This document shows positions 26,619-40,620 of a DNA stretch of 64,000 nt, piece by piece. The stretch's first letter is position 1, and each line of letters begins with the position of its first letter. Under the pieces are notes generated by a model. That model did not search any database. It saw nothing but the letters and a program-made list of their open reading frames with translations, and was not told the DNA's origin. Made by a program: the position numbers and the translations under genes. Source of the DNA: Octopus sinensis (Eukaryota); the NCBI RefSeq assembly GCF_006345805.1, contig NC_043006.1:32178001-32242000 (forward strand), given 5' to 3'.

Positions 26619-27259
26619 CATACAACTACAAAATATTGAAAAACTAGGAAGTTGCTGCCATGTACAATATATTAAGTGTATATGAAACACATTAATGGTG
26701 GAAAAAGTTTGTTTTAAGTTGAAGATTGAATTGTCTTAGGGGAACACTGTTTATGCAAGTATGAATAAGAAAATGTAGAAATTGTGAGAAGCACGAAAGT
26801 AATGACAACATAAAAGTCGAAATAGAGAAAGAAACTACTCTTCAAAACAGGGAAGACGGACTGAACGAAAAAAAAAAGAAATGGCGAGGAATGTTCTTGA
26901 AGAATATAGAACAAAAGCACTTCTTCGAGACTACTTAAAGAAAGAAGGTACCTTAATAACAACTGAATAAAAAGGCCTCAACTATGCGAATAATGAAAAG
27001 GCATTTAGATAAAAAGGATACATCTCCAGAGAAGAGACTTAATATCAGAGATTCATTTATCTCACCACTTACTATTAGGGTGTAAGAACCCTCTACAAAA
27101 TCATTGCAAAGGCTGCTTGGGGACAAAATTGCCTCAGTTAGACAGTAGTAATTGTTTAAAACTTACACTACAGTATGTACAGCAGATTGATATGAACCCA
27201 CACCCATTAAAGTTGTTGAAATCGAACAGATATTTTATGGACAGGAAAACCTAAACGCA

Positions 27260-27385
27260 CAAACAGATATCGTTGTACTAGAGAAAAAACATTATCTATA
27301 CATTTGACTCTAGGGTGAAAGAAAAAAAAAAGCAATGAGAAGATAGATAAATACCAGGACCTAAAGTGAGAACTAAAAAGCTTTG
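27260..27385 (+). mobile_element. Relic of a restriction-like-endonuclease LINE (R4/Dong-type) C-terminus
   Basis: TDIVVLEKK...NEKIDKYQDLK*EL resembles the PDIVV...EKxxKYxDL RLE motif; contains stops. Confidence 0.5.
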
Positions 27386-27932
27386 TCATTGCAGTAAGTT
27401 AATAGTCATTCCTATTATGAAAGGAATTCTAAGTTCACTGGATACATAACTGGAAAACTATCATATCACCAAATGACTTGCTATAACCACTGCAACAATA
27501 AACCTTTTGATATTATATAAAATATTCTTCTCGGTACAGTGAGAGCTTGACGATATATGCATAGGTAACTGTTTGATGTTTAGAAAACATAATCGACAGA
27601 ATCACTTACACAGCTGCTGCGCAAATACGAAATAACAACAATTTCTGTGTTGGACATTACATAAAATATGACAACACAATACACTCGTATCTGTACCATA
27701 CATACAGCGTATATTCAATATAAAACAATTTACATAACAAATAATCGATGAAGCCCTCACCAGACAAAATAAAACAGCTTCACACAACACATACTCTATC
27801 CATTCATCACCCAATAAAATAGCTTAGCAAATACGCTTACATAATCGATAATCGATACAATAACAAGTCATACAGCTTACGTTGTACAGTCACTGCTCAA
27901 TTATATAACACAACCCACAGAACACATATTCT

Positions 27933-28452
27933 ATTACATGGAAAAATGTGAGCATGAAAAGTAATATTCTTAAAACTATAAACCTGGAAAAGTACAGGAC
28001 AAGTTATTACACCTATAAAAGTATAGGACAAGCTATTACTGCTAGTAAAGTAAAGAATATGAAAAACATTTTACTTAAAATATTGCAACAAAGAATGCCA
28101 GTTCTTCTAATTTATCATACTTTACAGTTCTGATCTTTTAAATTTATTGTACAAAACTGTTCAGCTAATTTGTAAGTTTGTCTAATTAGTCACCTTTTCT
28201 GTATTTCAGGTAGTAAATTAACCAAATTCTACTTAAATAAGTAGTGTTATTTTTAAACTATAATAAAATAAGTTTTAATATTCAAATTTTAATTTTAGCT
28301 GCAATATTTTAAGTAAAATGTTTCTTATTCTTTACTTTACTAGAAGTAATAGCTTGTCCTATACTTTTACAGGTGTAATAACTTGTCCTGTACTTTTCAT
28401 TGTTAATAATCTTAAGAATATTTCTTTTCATGCTCGCATTTTCCCACGTAAT
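27933..28452. mobile_element. Foldback/MITE with inverted arms of about 160 bp
   Basis: 27933-28090 is the imperfect reverse complement of 28295-28452. Confidence 0.8.
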
Positions 28453-30856
28453 CTATGATTTTTCCAGGAATTGCTGTTATAGGATAATTAATAATGTGTC
28501 AATTAATAATTCAAGATTTTACCTTCTAAAATACTGAAAGATAATATTTCAATTTTTCCATGTAAGTGATGACAATATTTCAATTTTTTTCATGTTTAAT
28601 TTAATTATATGCTGTGATTGAGTAATCTGATATTACCCAACTACATCAAATTAATGGTAGGAATTTCTACCATGTTGTTGGTTGTACCATGGCTCACCAA
28701 AAGTTAAAACAAGACCCCCAAAAACCACCAGTTACCAGGCTCACCTTAAGTAACTTAATTTTGCAATATTAGGAGGTCACAGGAATTCATTTAACGAATG
28801 AAAAATTTGCAGTGATTCCGGGATTGGGGGGAACTCCCTACATCATTTTTTCCGAACCAAAATAAGGTATTTGCAGCATATTAGGAGGTCAGGGTACTTG
28901 ATTCCATGCAAAAAATCAATTTTTTTTTTCTTACTGAAAATCGTGCGGGTGTTAATATATAAATTTACCATAATGTTGTTATTTAGCCTCAAATCAACCC
29001 TGACACTGCAAAAATATTATCAAAGACATTCCACCCTTCAGCAAACCGTCTTTTTAGGGATAATCTAAGACATTATATACAATGGGCGTGTGATTTAGGC
29101 AGGAGATACTTTGGCTGCTATTTTTAGCGTGTCGAGCGACAAAGTGAAGGGTCTTTCATTGGTTCGATTACATGATGAAATTTTTTTATACATATATGTA
29201 ATACGTATATATATATCATTGGCAGAAGTTAAAGAGTAAGCTGAGAGTTTCATGTATTGGCACGTTTGAAACACAAATTTGTCCATTGTCACTCTGTAAC
29301 TTCTGACGAAATAACTTCTAAAATACAAAATTATGTCAAAAACATTAAGAGTAAACCCTGTTCTATATGACACATTCTACCAGTATCGGAAGTTTGAAAG
29401 TGTTTAGTTATAAAAAATTAATTAAATATTCTGTACGTCTAATTGAATAGATCCGAAATGGATGAAAGGCAAAGTCGACCTCGGCGGAATTTGAACACCG
29501 CTTCTAAAATACAAAATTTTGTCAAAAATGTTAAAAGTAAACCCTGTTCTATGTGACACATTCTACATGTATCGGAAGTTTGAAAGTGTTTAGTTAAAAA
29601 AAAATTAATTAAATAAACTGTACGTCAAAGTCGACGACATTTGAACTCAAAACGTAAAGACAGACGTAATACCGCTAAGCATTTCGCCCGGAGCGCTAAC
29701 GTTTCTGCTTGTTCGCCGCCTAAGAATGTAAGCATTCATTTTAGAAATATATTCTTTATTCTTATTGCTCAGGCCTTACGTCTTACTTCCTCACTTACTG
29801 ACATTAAATTTCGTAACATTTTACCTCATAACTGTTTTGCTACTAACTTTTGTTCAATGCGACTAACGATTCTGAATTTCTCATGCATTTTTCTATCATT
29901 TAAGCATAAGAAAAGTATAGTTTTTAATTTAAAATTAAAAAAATTATGTTAGTTGAAAATGAATATCTGCCTCAATACCCCCTTGAGATCTGACATATTT
30001 TTATGTAACTTTTTTTTCTATTGAACCAAATCTTAAACTATTTATGACCAAGTGTAACTGAGGAGGTGTCCTCTTTAAAACCACCAACAGTTTGCAATTT
30101 AGTTGTGAAACTTGGAAGCTGCTGCGATTGACGAAATGGTGGTTTTAATATATTCAAACACTACCGTGGTTGAATGATACCAGTTGTTCTTTCGGGGATT
30201 TGGAAGCTGAGAAGGAGACAGAAAAATATGAAGCAGCGCAGAGTGTTGAGAGGAATTTTTCTTAGAAATAAAATATTTAAGCCAGGTAGAGTACTTATAG
30301 ATTAAACATTTTCAAAATCAAAACTTCTTTGTGTGGGTTAGAACCTCAGTGGAGCATTGTCTTATCAGTGAATAGGAAGAAACACAATTTATGATGCGCC
30401 GAAGTTCAATATAATGTCATTATGCGAGTCCTTATCTTCCGGAATAACCCCCATTAAAATTGAAACATAGCGGCTCTAATTTGCACTAACATCGAAAAGG
30501 AGACACACGTTAGAATGGATACGGTAAGAAAATAGAGAGAATTAACCATTGCACGAAATTAGCTTTCGCTAGAATAAGATAATCTGTTACTGATTATTTT
30601 CTGCAAAACGTAATGGTGGTGTTTGTGAAATGTGTAAAGGGGCGCCGTGGTACAAAAGACTAGGAACCATTGCGCTACACAGTTACTATCCTACACTAAA
30701 TAAAGAAAGGCTCTCAGCGCTGCTTTGGTGAGCCAAGGATTTCGCGCTTGCTAAAGTATTTGAATCTTTGGGAATTTCAAGAAATTTTCGAAGTCTATAG
30801 AGGCATGCAGATGTATATATACTTCCTATGTATACATATACATGTATATGTTTCCC

Positions 30857-30969
<113 letters not shown>

Positions 30970-30991
30970 CATACATACATACATACATACA

Positions 30992-31027
<36 letters not shown>

Positions 31028-32318
31028 TATATACATACATACATATATATATGTATGTATGTATGTATGTATATATATATATGTATGTATATATGTATGT
31101 ATGTATGGCTGTATGTATATATATATATATATATATATATAGGGAGAAATATACATGTATATGAATACAAATATATATATATACATATAAGAAGGATGAC
31201 TGCTAAGTGGACATCCATTATGCTAGAAGTCGACCCCCTATGGTCATACCACTAAGAAAGGAATGTTTCAAGAAAATTTAGCAAACGCCAGGACGTAAGC
31301 GAGCAAGATAAAATGAAAAGATACAAAATATACAGATTAATCACAAACCAGTATAGAATAACCCATCAGATTAATGTCAAATTACTTCTTTTATAATTGA
31401 ACATAAACACACACGTACACACACATACACATACACACGCACACACACACATACACACACATATAAAAACACGATAGATATATAAACAAACTAGCAAGAA
31501 TACGTAACGACCGTTTGTGGTGTAGCATGTAGGAACAGATGTTATGACTACAGCGCCACTCAAGAAAATCGTATGCATCTCTCCTTGTTTCCCGCGGTTG
31601 TTTGGTTCCAAAGAACAAAAAACCGGATTAAATGAATGATTGATAAATGAATAATAGAACGTGGGGGCAAAAAAAAAAAAAGGATTTGTTCCGACACTCC
31701 AAGTTGTCCAGTGCATTGTGGACGATCGCTGGGGTGCGATTTTGTGCTCTTAGCAGAATCTTTGACCGGTCGTCGTGACAAGCATAACATGGCTTACAAT
31801 TGAGCGGTTCGTGTTTTCTCGGATCAGTGATGAATGAATCAGTACTCAACAATAAATCAGGGATAAATTACATTATCAATCTATGTTATTAACCTGTGTT
31901 AGATATTCAACTTCCTCTATAATTTAGTCTAGCTATATCAACTATCTTGCAACATTAATTGTTCCATATTCTTTATAGATTTCACGTATTTCCTTTTCAT
32001 AAAGGAATCATATTATTTTACTTCTGGTCATTACACGTAGTAATACACTCTGTGATTCGTTTAATTCTATCTTTAGAAAAAATACATTTAGCATATTTCA
32101 TTTATTTAAATAACTGTTAATTATATATAACATTCTCCTCGATACGTCATATATACCCGTATTAAGCTGTGTATATCATCTTCAGTCAAATAATTGAGTT
32201 ACTATTGCTGAATAAATTCAGCTTTGTGGTAAACAAGGGAATGATTTAATTTGTGTATATATGCGACTAAATTTAATAAGGTTTCAACATTATTTATTCT
32301 GTGTATTCGTAATGCTTG

Positions 32319-32393
<75 letters not shown>

Positions 32394-32411
32394 GTCTGTC
32401 TATCTGTCTGT

Positions 32412-32505
<94 letters not shown>

Positions 32506-32506
32506 G

Positions 32507-32589
<83 letters not shown>

Positions 32590-32791
32590 CGGAATCTTTT
32601 GCAATGACTCTGATTTTCGGGTTTTTATTGATTATTTCCTGGAGTTTTGCACAAAGTAATTTTTTCTGTTGGTATTACTTGTGCATGCACTTTCCGCATA
32701 TATATACAAGTACTTGAGTACATTATACCCCAGCGACATAAATACATGCATATGTATATATACATAGAATAAATTATATATGTATATATAT

Positions 32792-32843
<52 letters not shown>

Positions 32844-32852
32844 ATATATATA

Positions 32853-32883
<31 letters not shown>

Positions 32884-32909
32884 CATAGATACATACATAC
32901 ATACATATA

Positions 32910-33190
32910 TATATATTTGTTGTGCAAGATTTTTTATGGGAAGTCGTGTGTTGAAACAGATATTGTTGTATTTCGGAATGATCATTTTGCCAGTTTAGTA
33001 AGGAGAGACACAAATAAGAAAGAAGAAAGCAAAGGACCACTGATGCGGTCATAGGAGTGTGACGAAAGAACTCTGGCCGAAATAAGATTAAGTTTAATGT
33101 AAATAATAAATAACACTGAAGCAAAGTAACACCAAATATATAGTACGTGTGTTTTTATTGGCTAAACTTGCAAAATGACCATTCCAAAAT

Positions 33191-33244
<54 letters not shown>

Positions 33245-34020
33245 GCATATATGTGCACAGGACGTCACCAACGGTACAAATAACATGAAATACGTAAACA
33301 AACGAGTTAAACACGAGAACAACGATAAAAAATGGAAAACATGATAAGTAAATATGAGTCTTCAAAGACAGTTGCTCCCATAAATTCTGAAATCAAATTT
33401 TTGATTTGTGCAGTGTCAAAGTTGGGAACAAAAACATGACAGTGGTGAAAAAAGAGAAAGAGGGATGCGACTCTACTCTATACTGTTTTTGTTCCTCCAT
33501 CTTCTTTAATTCCCTTTTCTCACCCTCCCTCTTTCACAGTCTTCTATCTGCCTCTCTCACTCCTCTCTCTTCTCTTTTTCATTTCTCTCATTGCTCACAC
33601 GTGACCATCGTCCATCTTTCTTTTCCCCACATGACCGTCTTTCTTTTCTTGCACGGACGTTCAAAAGAACGGACGTATTTTTCTCCCTCTCTTCTATCTT
33701 TTCTCTTTCCCCCAAATTTTTCTTCCTGCGTTCACTATTTTCCTCTCGTTCTAGTCTAACGATCCTTGATGTTTGTTTTCGTTCGGTTTCCTTGTATGTC
33801 TCTACTGTCATGTTCTTTTTTCCCAACTTTAACACTCCACAAATACTAAGTTTTATTTCAGAATTTATGGGAGCAACTGTCTTTGAAGACTCATATTGTC
33901 GTTGAATGCTCGAAATGAGGAGTAGACAGACAGTCGACAACTGATGAAGGGTCTTGTTTACATGTCCTGCTTTCCATTTTTTCTCGTTGTTTACGTATTT
34001 GACTCGTTTGTATGCATGTA

Positions 34021-34066
<46 letters not shown>

Positions 34067-34405
34067 TATGTATGCATGTCTATATATATGTCTATATATA
34101 TGTATATATATATATATAATTTATTATTTATTATTTAATTGAACGCAACGCATCCATTTCCATGTATATATATATATATTGTTGTATTTAGGAATGGTCA
34201 TTTTGCCAGTTAGTAAGGAGAGACACAAATAAGAAAGAAGAAAGCAAAGGACCACTGATGCGGTCATAGGAGTGTGACGAAAGAACTCTGGCCGAAATAA
34301 GATTAAGTTTAATGTAAATAATAAATAACACTGAAGCAAAGTAACACCAAATATATAGTACGTGTGTTTTTATTGGCTAAACTTGCAAAATGACCATTCC
34401 AAAAT

Positions 34406-34450
<45 letters not shown>

Positions 34451-35249
34451 TATATATATATATATATACATGCATATATGTGCACAGGACGTCACCAACG
34501 GTACAAATAACATGAAATACGTAAACAAACGAGTTAAACACGAGAACAACGATAAAAAATGGAAAACATGATAAGTAAATATGAGTCTTCAAAGACAGTT
34601 GCTCCCATAAATTCTGAAATCAAATTTTTGATTTGTGCAGTGTCAAAGTTGGGAACAAAAACATGACAGTGGTGAAAAAAGAGAAAGAGGGATGCGACTC
34701 TACTCTATACTGTTTTTGTTCCTCCATCTTTCTTTAATTCCCTTTTTCTCACCCTCCCTCTTTCACAGTCTTCTATCTGCCTCTCTCACTCCTCTCTCTT
34801 TCTCTTTTTCATTTCTCTCATTGCTCACACGTGACCATCGTCCATCTTTCTTTTCCCCACATGACCGTCTTTCTTTTCTTGCACGGACGTTCAAAAGAAC
34901 GGACGTATTTTTCTCCCTCTCTTCTATCTTTTCTCTTTCCCCCAAATTTTTCTTCCTGCGTTCACTATTTTCCTCTCGTTCTAGTCTAACGATCCTTGAT
35001 GTTTGTTTTCGTTCGGTTTCCTTGTATGTCTCTACTGTCATGTTCTTTTTCCCAACTTTAACACTCCACAAATACTAAGTTTTATTTCAGAATTTATGGG
35101 AGCAACTGTCTTTGAAGACTCATATTGTCGTTGAATGCTCGAAATGAGGAGTAGACAGACAGTCGACAACTGATGAAGGGTCTTGTTTACATGTCCTGCT
35201 TTCCATTTTTTCTCGTTGTTTACGTATTTGACTCGTTTGTATGCATGTA

Positions 35250-35297
<48 letters not shown>

Positions 35298-35926
35298 TAT
35301 GTATGCATGTCTATATATATGTCTATATATATGTATATATATATATATAATTTATTATTTATTATTTAATTGAACGCAACGCATCCATTTCCATGTATAT
35401 ATATATATATATTGTTGTATTTAGGAATGGTCATTTTGCCAGTTTAGCCAATAAAAACACACGCACTATATATTTGGTGTTAATTTGCTTCAGCGTTATT
35501 TATTTTTTACATTAATCTTAATCTTATTTCGGCTAGAGTTCTTTCGTCACACTTATGTGACCTCATCAGTGGTCCTTTGCTTTCTTCTTTCTTATTTGTG
35601 TGTCTCCCCTTACTAACGGTCAGCCATTTTGTATTTTGTATTCCTATTATATGTGTCTTCATTTGCGCATGCGTATACCTCTATGTGTGTCTATGTTTAG
35701 TTAGTGTGTGTGGGGAAGTGCCTGTAATATTTGTATTTCCTGTTTATATAGTTCGTGTAATTTGTTTTTGCTTATTTATATTTTGTTCATGTGTTTACAC
35801 CTACTTATTATTATTATTATTAATATTATTATTATTATTTTTATTTTTATTAAACTAATTTTCAAAAAAATTAATTAACTAAATACAACCAAAATAATAA
35901 TAATAATAATAATGATAATAATAATA

Positions 35927-35987
<61 letters not shown>

Positions 35988-36001
35988 TAATAATGATGAT
36001 G

Positions 36002-36056
<55 letters not shown>

Positions 36057-36500
36057 GTAGGTGTAAACACATGAACAAAATATAAATAAACAAAAACAAA
36101 TTACGCGAACGTATATAAACAGGAGATACAAATATTACAGGCACTCCCCCACACACTAACTATACATTGACACACATAAAGATATACGCATGTGCAAATG
36201 AAGACACATACAATAGGAATACAAAATACAAAATGGCTGACCGTTAGTAAGGAGAGACACACAAATAAGAAAGAAGAAAGCAAAGGACCAATGATGAGGC
36301 TACAGAAGTGTAACGAAAGAACTCTGGCCGAAATAAGATTAAGATTAATGTAAAAAATAAATAACGCTGAAGCAAATTAATACCAAATATATAGTGCGTG
36401 TTTTTTTATTGGCTAAACTGGCAAAATGACCATTCCTAAATACCACAACATCTGTTTCAACACACGATTTCACTTCAAAAATCTTGCAAAACAAATATAT
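32910..36500. mobile_element. Compound foldback element: terminal inverted repeats of about 80 bp, two tandem units of about 1.22 kb, nested inverted repeats
   Basis: Unit starts at 32961, 34177 and 35410; 32910-32995 pairs with 36415-36500; 35410-35810 pairs with 36055-36450. Confidence 0.8.
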
Positions 36501-36789
36501 AAATATATATATATATATAACATCCAGGGATCGAGGTGTAGGAAGATGGTTAGCTTCAAGCAATCCGTAGTAAATATAAAAAAAAACAACTTTCAGGGAC
36601 AATAGTGGTTTATTGAGAGGGAAGGTTGTGGATTTTTTGTATCGAAGAACGATAAACTGAAAAAGTTCTTTTTATATTTCACGGTTGGCGACCAGAGTTG
36701 GTAAATAGCTAAGCAAGATGTATGCCGCAGGCTACTGGTCAGGTCAAGGGTATCTTGAATGAATGAAAGTTTGCATCGTCGTTAGGAGG

Positions 36790-37140
36790 CACTTGTTAAC
36801 ACATGAAAGAATCAATCAGAATGTAAGATCTTTCCTGATGGCGTATTCTGAAACCTCGAAGTCCTTTGCATTGGCTCTGATTTGATTTCCCGTCTTTTTA
36901 TCGATTATTCCTTGGACTTATTGTACGACGTTATGTGCTCTGATGGCATTAGGACCCTGTGCATGCTTTCCATTTAGCTGCTGATGTTGGATCTCCGTCA
37001 GTAGATTCCAGCTCGTTTGGAACTTTGCCAGCTTTCAGGACCGGGCAACTTTTAGGGAGCTAGCTATATCTGTATCACTATGTTCGCTTTTAAGGCAACA
37101 ATTACAGCGGGACTTTTCATTTGCTGTGTCAACTGATGCC
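36790..37140 (-). mobile_element. Degraded Tc1/mariner-family transposase, N-terminal HTH region
   Basis: Frameshifted MKSPAVIVALKA / EHSDTDIASSLKVARS / VQGIIDKKTGNQIRANAKDFEVSEYAIRK. Confidence 0.6.
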
Positions 37141-37434
37141 TTACACCATTTATCAGAAAAGTGAAGTAAAACAATAAATTAAAAGAAAGTTAGAGTACTT
37201 GAAAAAAGTGACACACTATGGATAAGGCACCTATCCTTTTAGTTAGGCGACTCAGCCCACGATCAATTGAAGCAAGTTTACTTTTTGAATCGAACGTGGG
37301 ACTCTGACTAGCAGTGTTTTGTGATGTTCTTACAGCTTTAATAAAAAAAGTTTACTACTCTACCTCCGGTATTCGAGTATTATTTTTTCCACCTTGTTTT
37401 GCATTTATGTACTTACTTCTGTTTATATATATAT

Positions 37435-37468
<34 letters not shown>

Positions 37469-37469
<1 letters not shown>

Positions 37470-37613
37470 TAATTTATTATATAGAAGGAGCTTCTACAGG
37501 ACTAGTACTGTTTCATTCAAGAGAAATCTTCAGGAAGCCCTGAGCTTCCTGAAGATTTCTCTTGAATGAAACAGTACTAGTCCTGTAGAAGCTCCTTCTA
37601 TATAATAAATTAA
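37469..37613. repeat. Perfect palindrome, 70-bp arms, 5-nt loop
   Basis: 37469-37538 is the exact reverse complement of 37544-37613. Confidence 0.95.
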
Positions 37614-37676
37614 TTTTACTCTGCTATGTATTGAGTACCTTACTTACTGTGGTTAACCCCGGATCAACCCGGGACC

Positions 37677-37719
<43 letters not shown>

Positions 37720-37929
37720 TTTTTTGTGAAATAGAAAGATGAATAATCTTGTTGCAGATTAATCAAAAGTTTAACCGATACCTTGGTAGCAAAAATCACA
37801 GCAGAAGACGGCACGGTTGGAGGTACAACCATATGGTGTTGCAACCGTGCGTTGGTGCGGATAATTGAAATTTAAATATTCAATCTCTGTTCAATCTTCG
37901 TTCAACTCCATTTCTTCAATTCACTAATA

Positions 37930-37963
<34 letters not shown>

Positions 37964-37980
37964 TGCACACACACACACAC

Positions 37981-38062
<82 letters not shown>

Positions 38063-39304
38063 GTGTGTGTGTGTGTGTGTGCATGTATGTATATATGTGT
38101 ATGTGTGTTTGTATGCGTACACATGCATATTAGCATTTGTAGTAGTGATTATATTAGGAAGTAAAGGGACGATTCTGTGTTTACATGAATAGCTGAACAT
38201 ACATGTATATATGTATAAACATGTATTTGCAGCATTTTATAAATCAGCTGTTCTATGCTATAGAACTTCGCAGACTATCGATAAAGGATGACATTGATGG
38301 AGTTGATGTCAGTCTGAACATTTGCAGGTCATTCTCGGCTAGTAAAATGATGGCAAGGAAGTCAGATGCACGTTGAAGACACCGCCCAAAGCAGTAAAAG
38401 GTTATTGAATACGAAGCCCGCGAATAGTGCAAAGCAGAGTTTCATTAACTGAGAAATGCGAACGTCACCGAGAAAAATTATTTGGTTCAGTCATTGGACT
38501 GCGGCCATGCAGAGGCACCACCTTGAATAGTTTTAGCTGAATAGATCCTAGTATCTATTTATTGAAGCCTAGTACTTATTCTATCAGTCCATTTTGCCGA
38601 ATCGCTTAGTCACGGGGACGTAAGAAAACCAACGCTGTTGTCAAGGAGTAGTGAGAAGTGAAACAGTCACAAGCACAAACATACGATTACACACACGTAT
38701 TTACATACATGCACACGGGTTTGTGTGTGTGTGCGTGTGTGTGTGTATGTGTGTGTGCATGTCTTTGTTCCCCATCACCGCTCGACAACTGGTGTTGCTG
38801 TGTTTATGTCCCCGTAACTTAGTGGTTCGGTAAAAGACTGATAGAATAAGTACTAGGCTTAACAAAACAATATGTCCTGGTGTCGATTCATTCGACTAAA
38901 AATTCTTCAAGGCACTGTTCCAGCATGGCCACAGTCTAACGACTGAAATTAGTAAAAGCTGAAAGATAATAAACCAGAAGCGATCATCTGGTATTCTCTT
39001 TCTGGTAATTAATTTTTCTGTGTATCTTTTAATTACAACACTTTTCAGCTCCTTGATTAATTCCTTTCTGGTTTCCCACATAGTGCGTTCCTTGCCATTT
39101 CTAGTTATAGATTGCTTTGTAAGTAATGTATCTCCTGCAGTCTCTGCATTTAAAGAATTAAAATCTTCTTCACTTTGACACATTGAATTACAAAGAATAC
39201 TCTTTCAACGTATCTTAGCAAATGGTGTAAGAGAGTGAAATTAGTCGTAAATTGTATAACAAATTATTATTTCAAATTAGTAAGTTCATCTTTTATGTGC
39301 TTAC

Positions 39305-39411
39305 TTTTAACTCGTACCGTTGTTCAGGAATATTTTCTGTAGAGAGCGGTAAATATTCTGCTGTTAATTGATCACATCTCCATTGATCATCAAAATCATT
39401 CAAATTGCTTT
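39305..39411 (-). CDS. Candidate exon (SNLNDFDDQWRCDQLTAEYLPLSTENIPEQRYELK), unidentified gene
   Basis: tttcttgcattccattgcgctag acceptor, AAA|GTAAGC donor, 107 nt open (phase 1/0), non-repetitive. Confidence 0.55.
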
Positions 39412-39502
39412 CTAGCGCAATGGAATGCAAGAAATATACAGCATGGACAAAGACAACTGTGAAAGATATTTTGGTATCATAAGCTATTTTCGGGGTTCTT
39501 CG

Positions 39503-39533
<31 letters not shown>

Positions 39534-39953
39534 TGTATGTATGTATGTATGTATGTATGTATGTATGTATGTATGTATGTATGTATGTCATTATTCAGTT
39601 TTATCTCAAAATCTCTTGCCAATAGAGAAAAAGCCGGTTTCTAATCTAGATCCAAGGCTCCTTCATTGGAATTTCAACACCAACAAAAGGTTACTTTTGT
39701 ATGTATGTATGTATTCTTTTTATAAAACGTCAAGTATTCTAACAGTGATTCAGCAACAGAAGCTTCTCTATTTAAACGATCTGTTAGCTTCTCTTCAAAA
39801 TAAATATTGCATCAGTTTGCTTCTTAGAATCGATCCTACAACAGCTCTGTTTAAATAAAGATATTGCTATACATGGCTATCTCACACCAGTAAACATTAT
39901 TCCCTCTACCCAAATAATCAACACGCCTTCCTACACATTTTACGGTCAGTTAC

Positions 39954-40084
39954 ATTGGTGGCAGCTGTGATGAAATATCAGCGGGCAACAAAAGAGCTGG
40001 CGTGGTTTTCGTGCTGTAGCATAAACATAACATTCTGGGATATCCACCATTTGCCTTAGAAATAAATTTCGATTTCGGAAATCG
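39954..40084 (-). CDS. Candidate exon (RFPKSKFISKANGGYPRMLC...SQLPP), same gene
   Basis: ttacatttgtag acceptor, GTAACT donor, 131 nt open (phase 0/2), 107-nt intron to a phase-2 acceptor at 39846. Confidence 0.4.
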
Positions 40085-40295
40085 CTACAAATGTAATAAA
40101 TACGGCCTGCCTTCTGCATTCATTCTCGCACCTTTCTCACACACCATTTATAGCTATTCCTTCATTTTCCCCCTCCCTCTCACCCTCTTCTTCTTTTTCT
40201 CCTACCTACATCTATAAAAAAAGCAAACATTTCTTTTATAGTTCTTATATATATATATACAATATACATACATGCATGGCATAATACATGCATAC

Positions 40296-40328
<33 letters not shown>

Positions 40329-40361
40329 TGTATGTATGTATGTATCTCTCTCTCTCTCTCT

Positions 40362-40404
<43 letters not shown>

Positions 40405-40544
40405 TAACACATATATATATATACACACATATATATATATACATATATATATTTACAGGGCATTACTATATATAAATGCACGCATACACACACAGAGACA
40501 CACACAGACACACACACAGACACACAGACACACAGACACACACA

Positions 40545-40620
<76 letters not shown>

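Noticed and set aside
38330-38440. Minus-strand MKLCFALFAGFVFNNLLLLWAVSS signal-peptide-like ORF
   Set aside because: Stops after 27 codons with no convincing donor.
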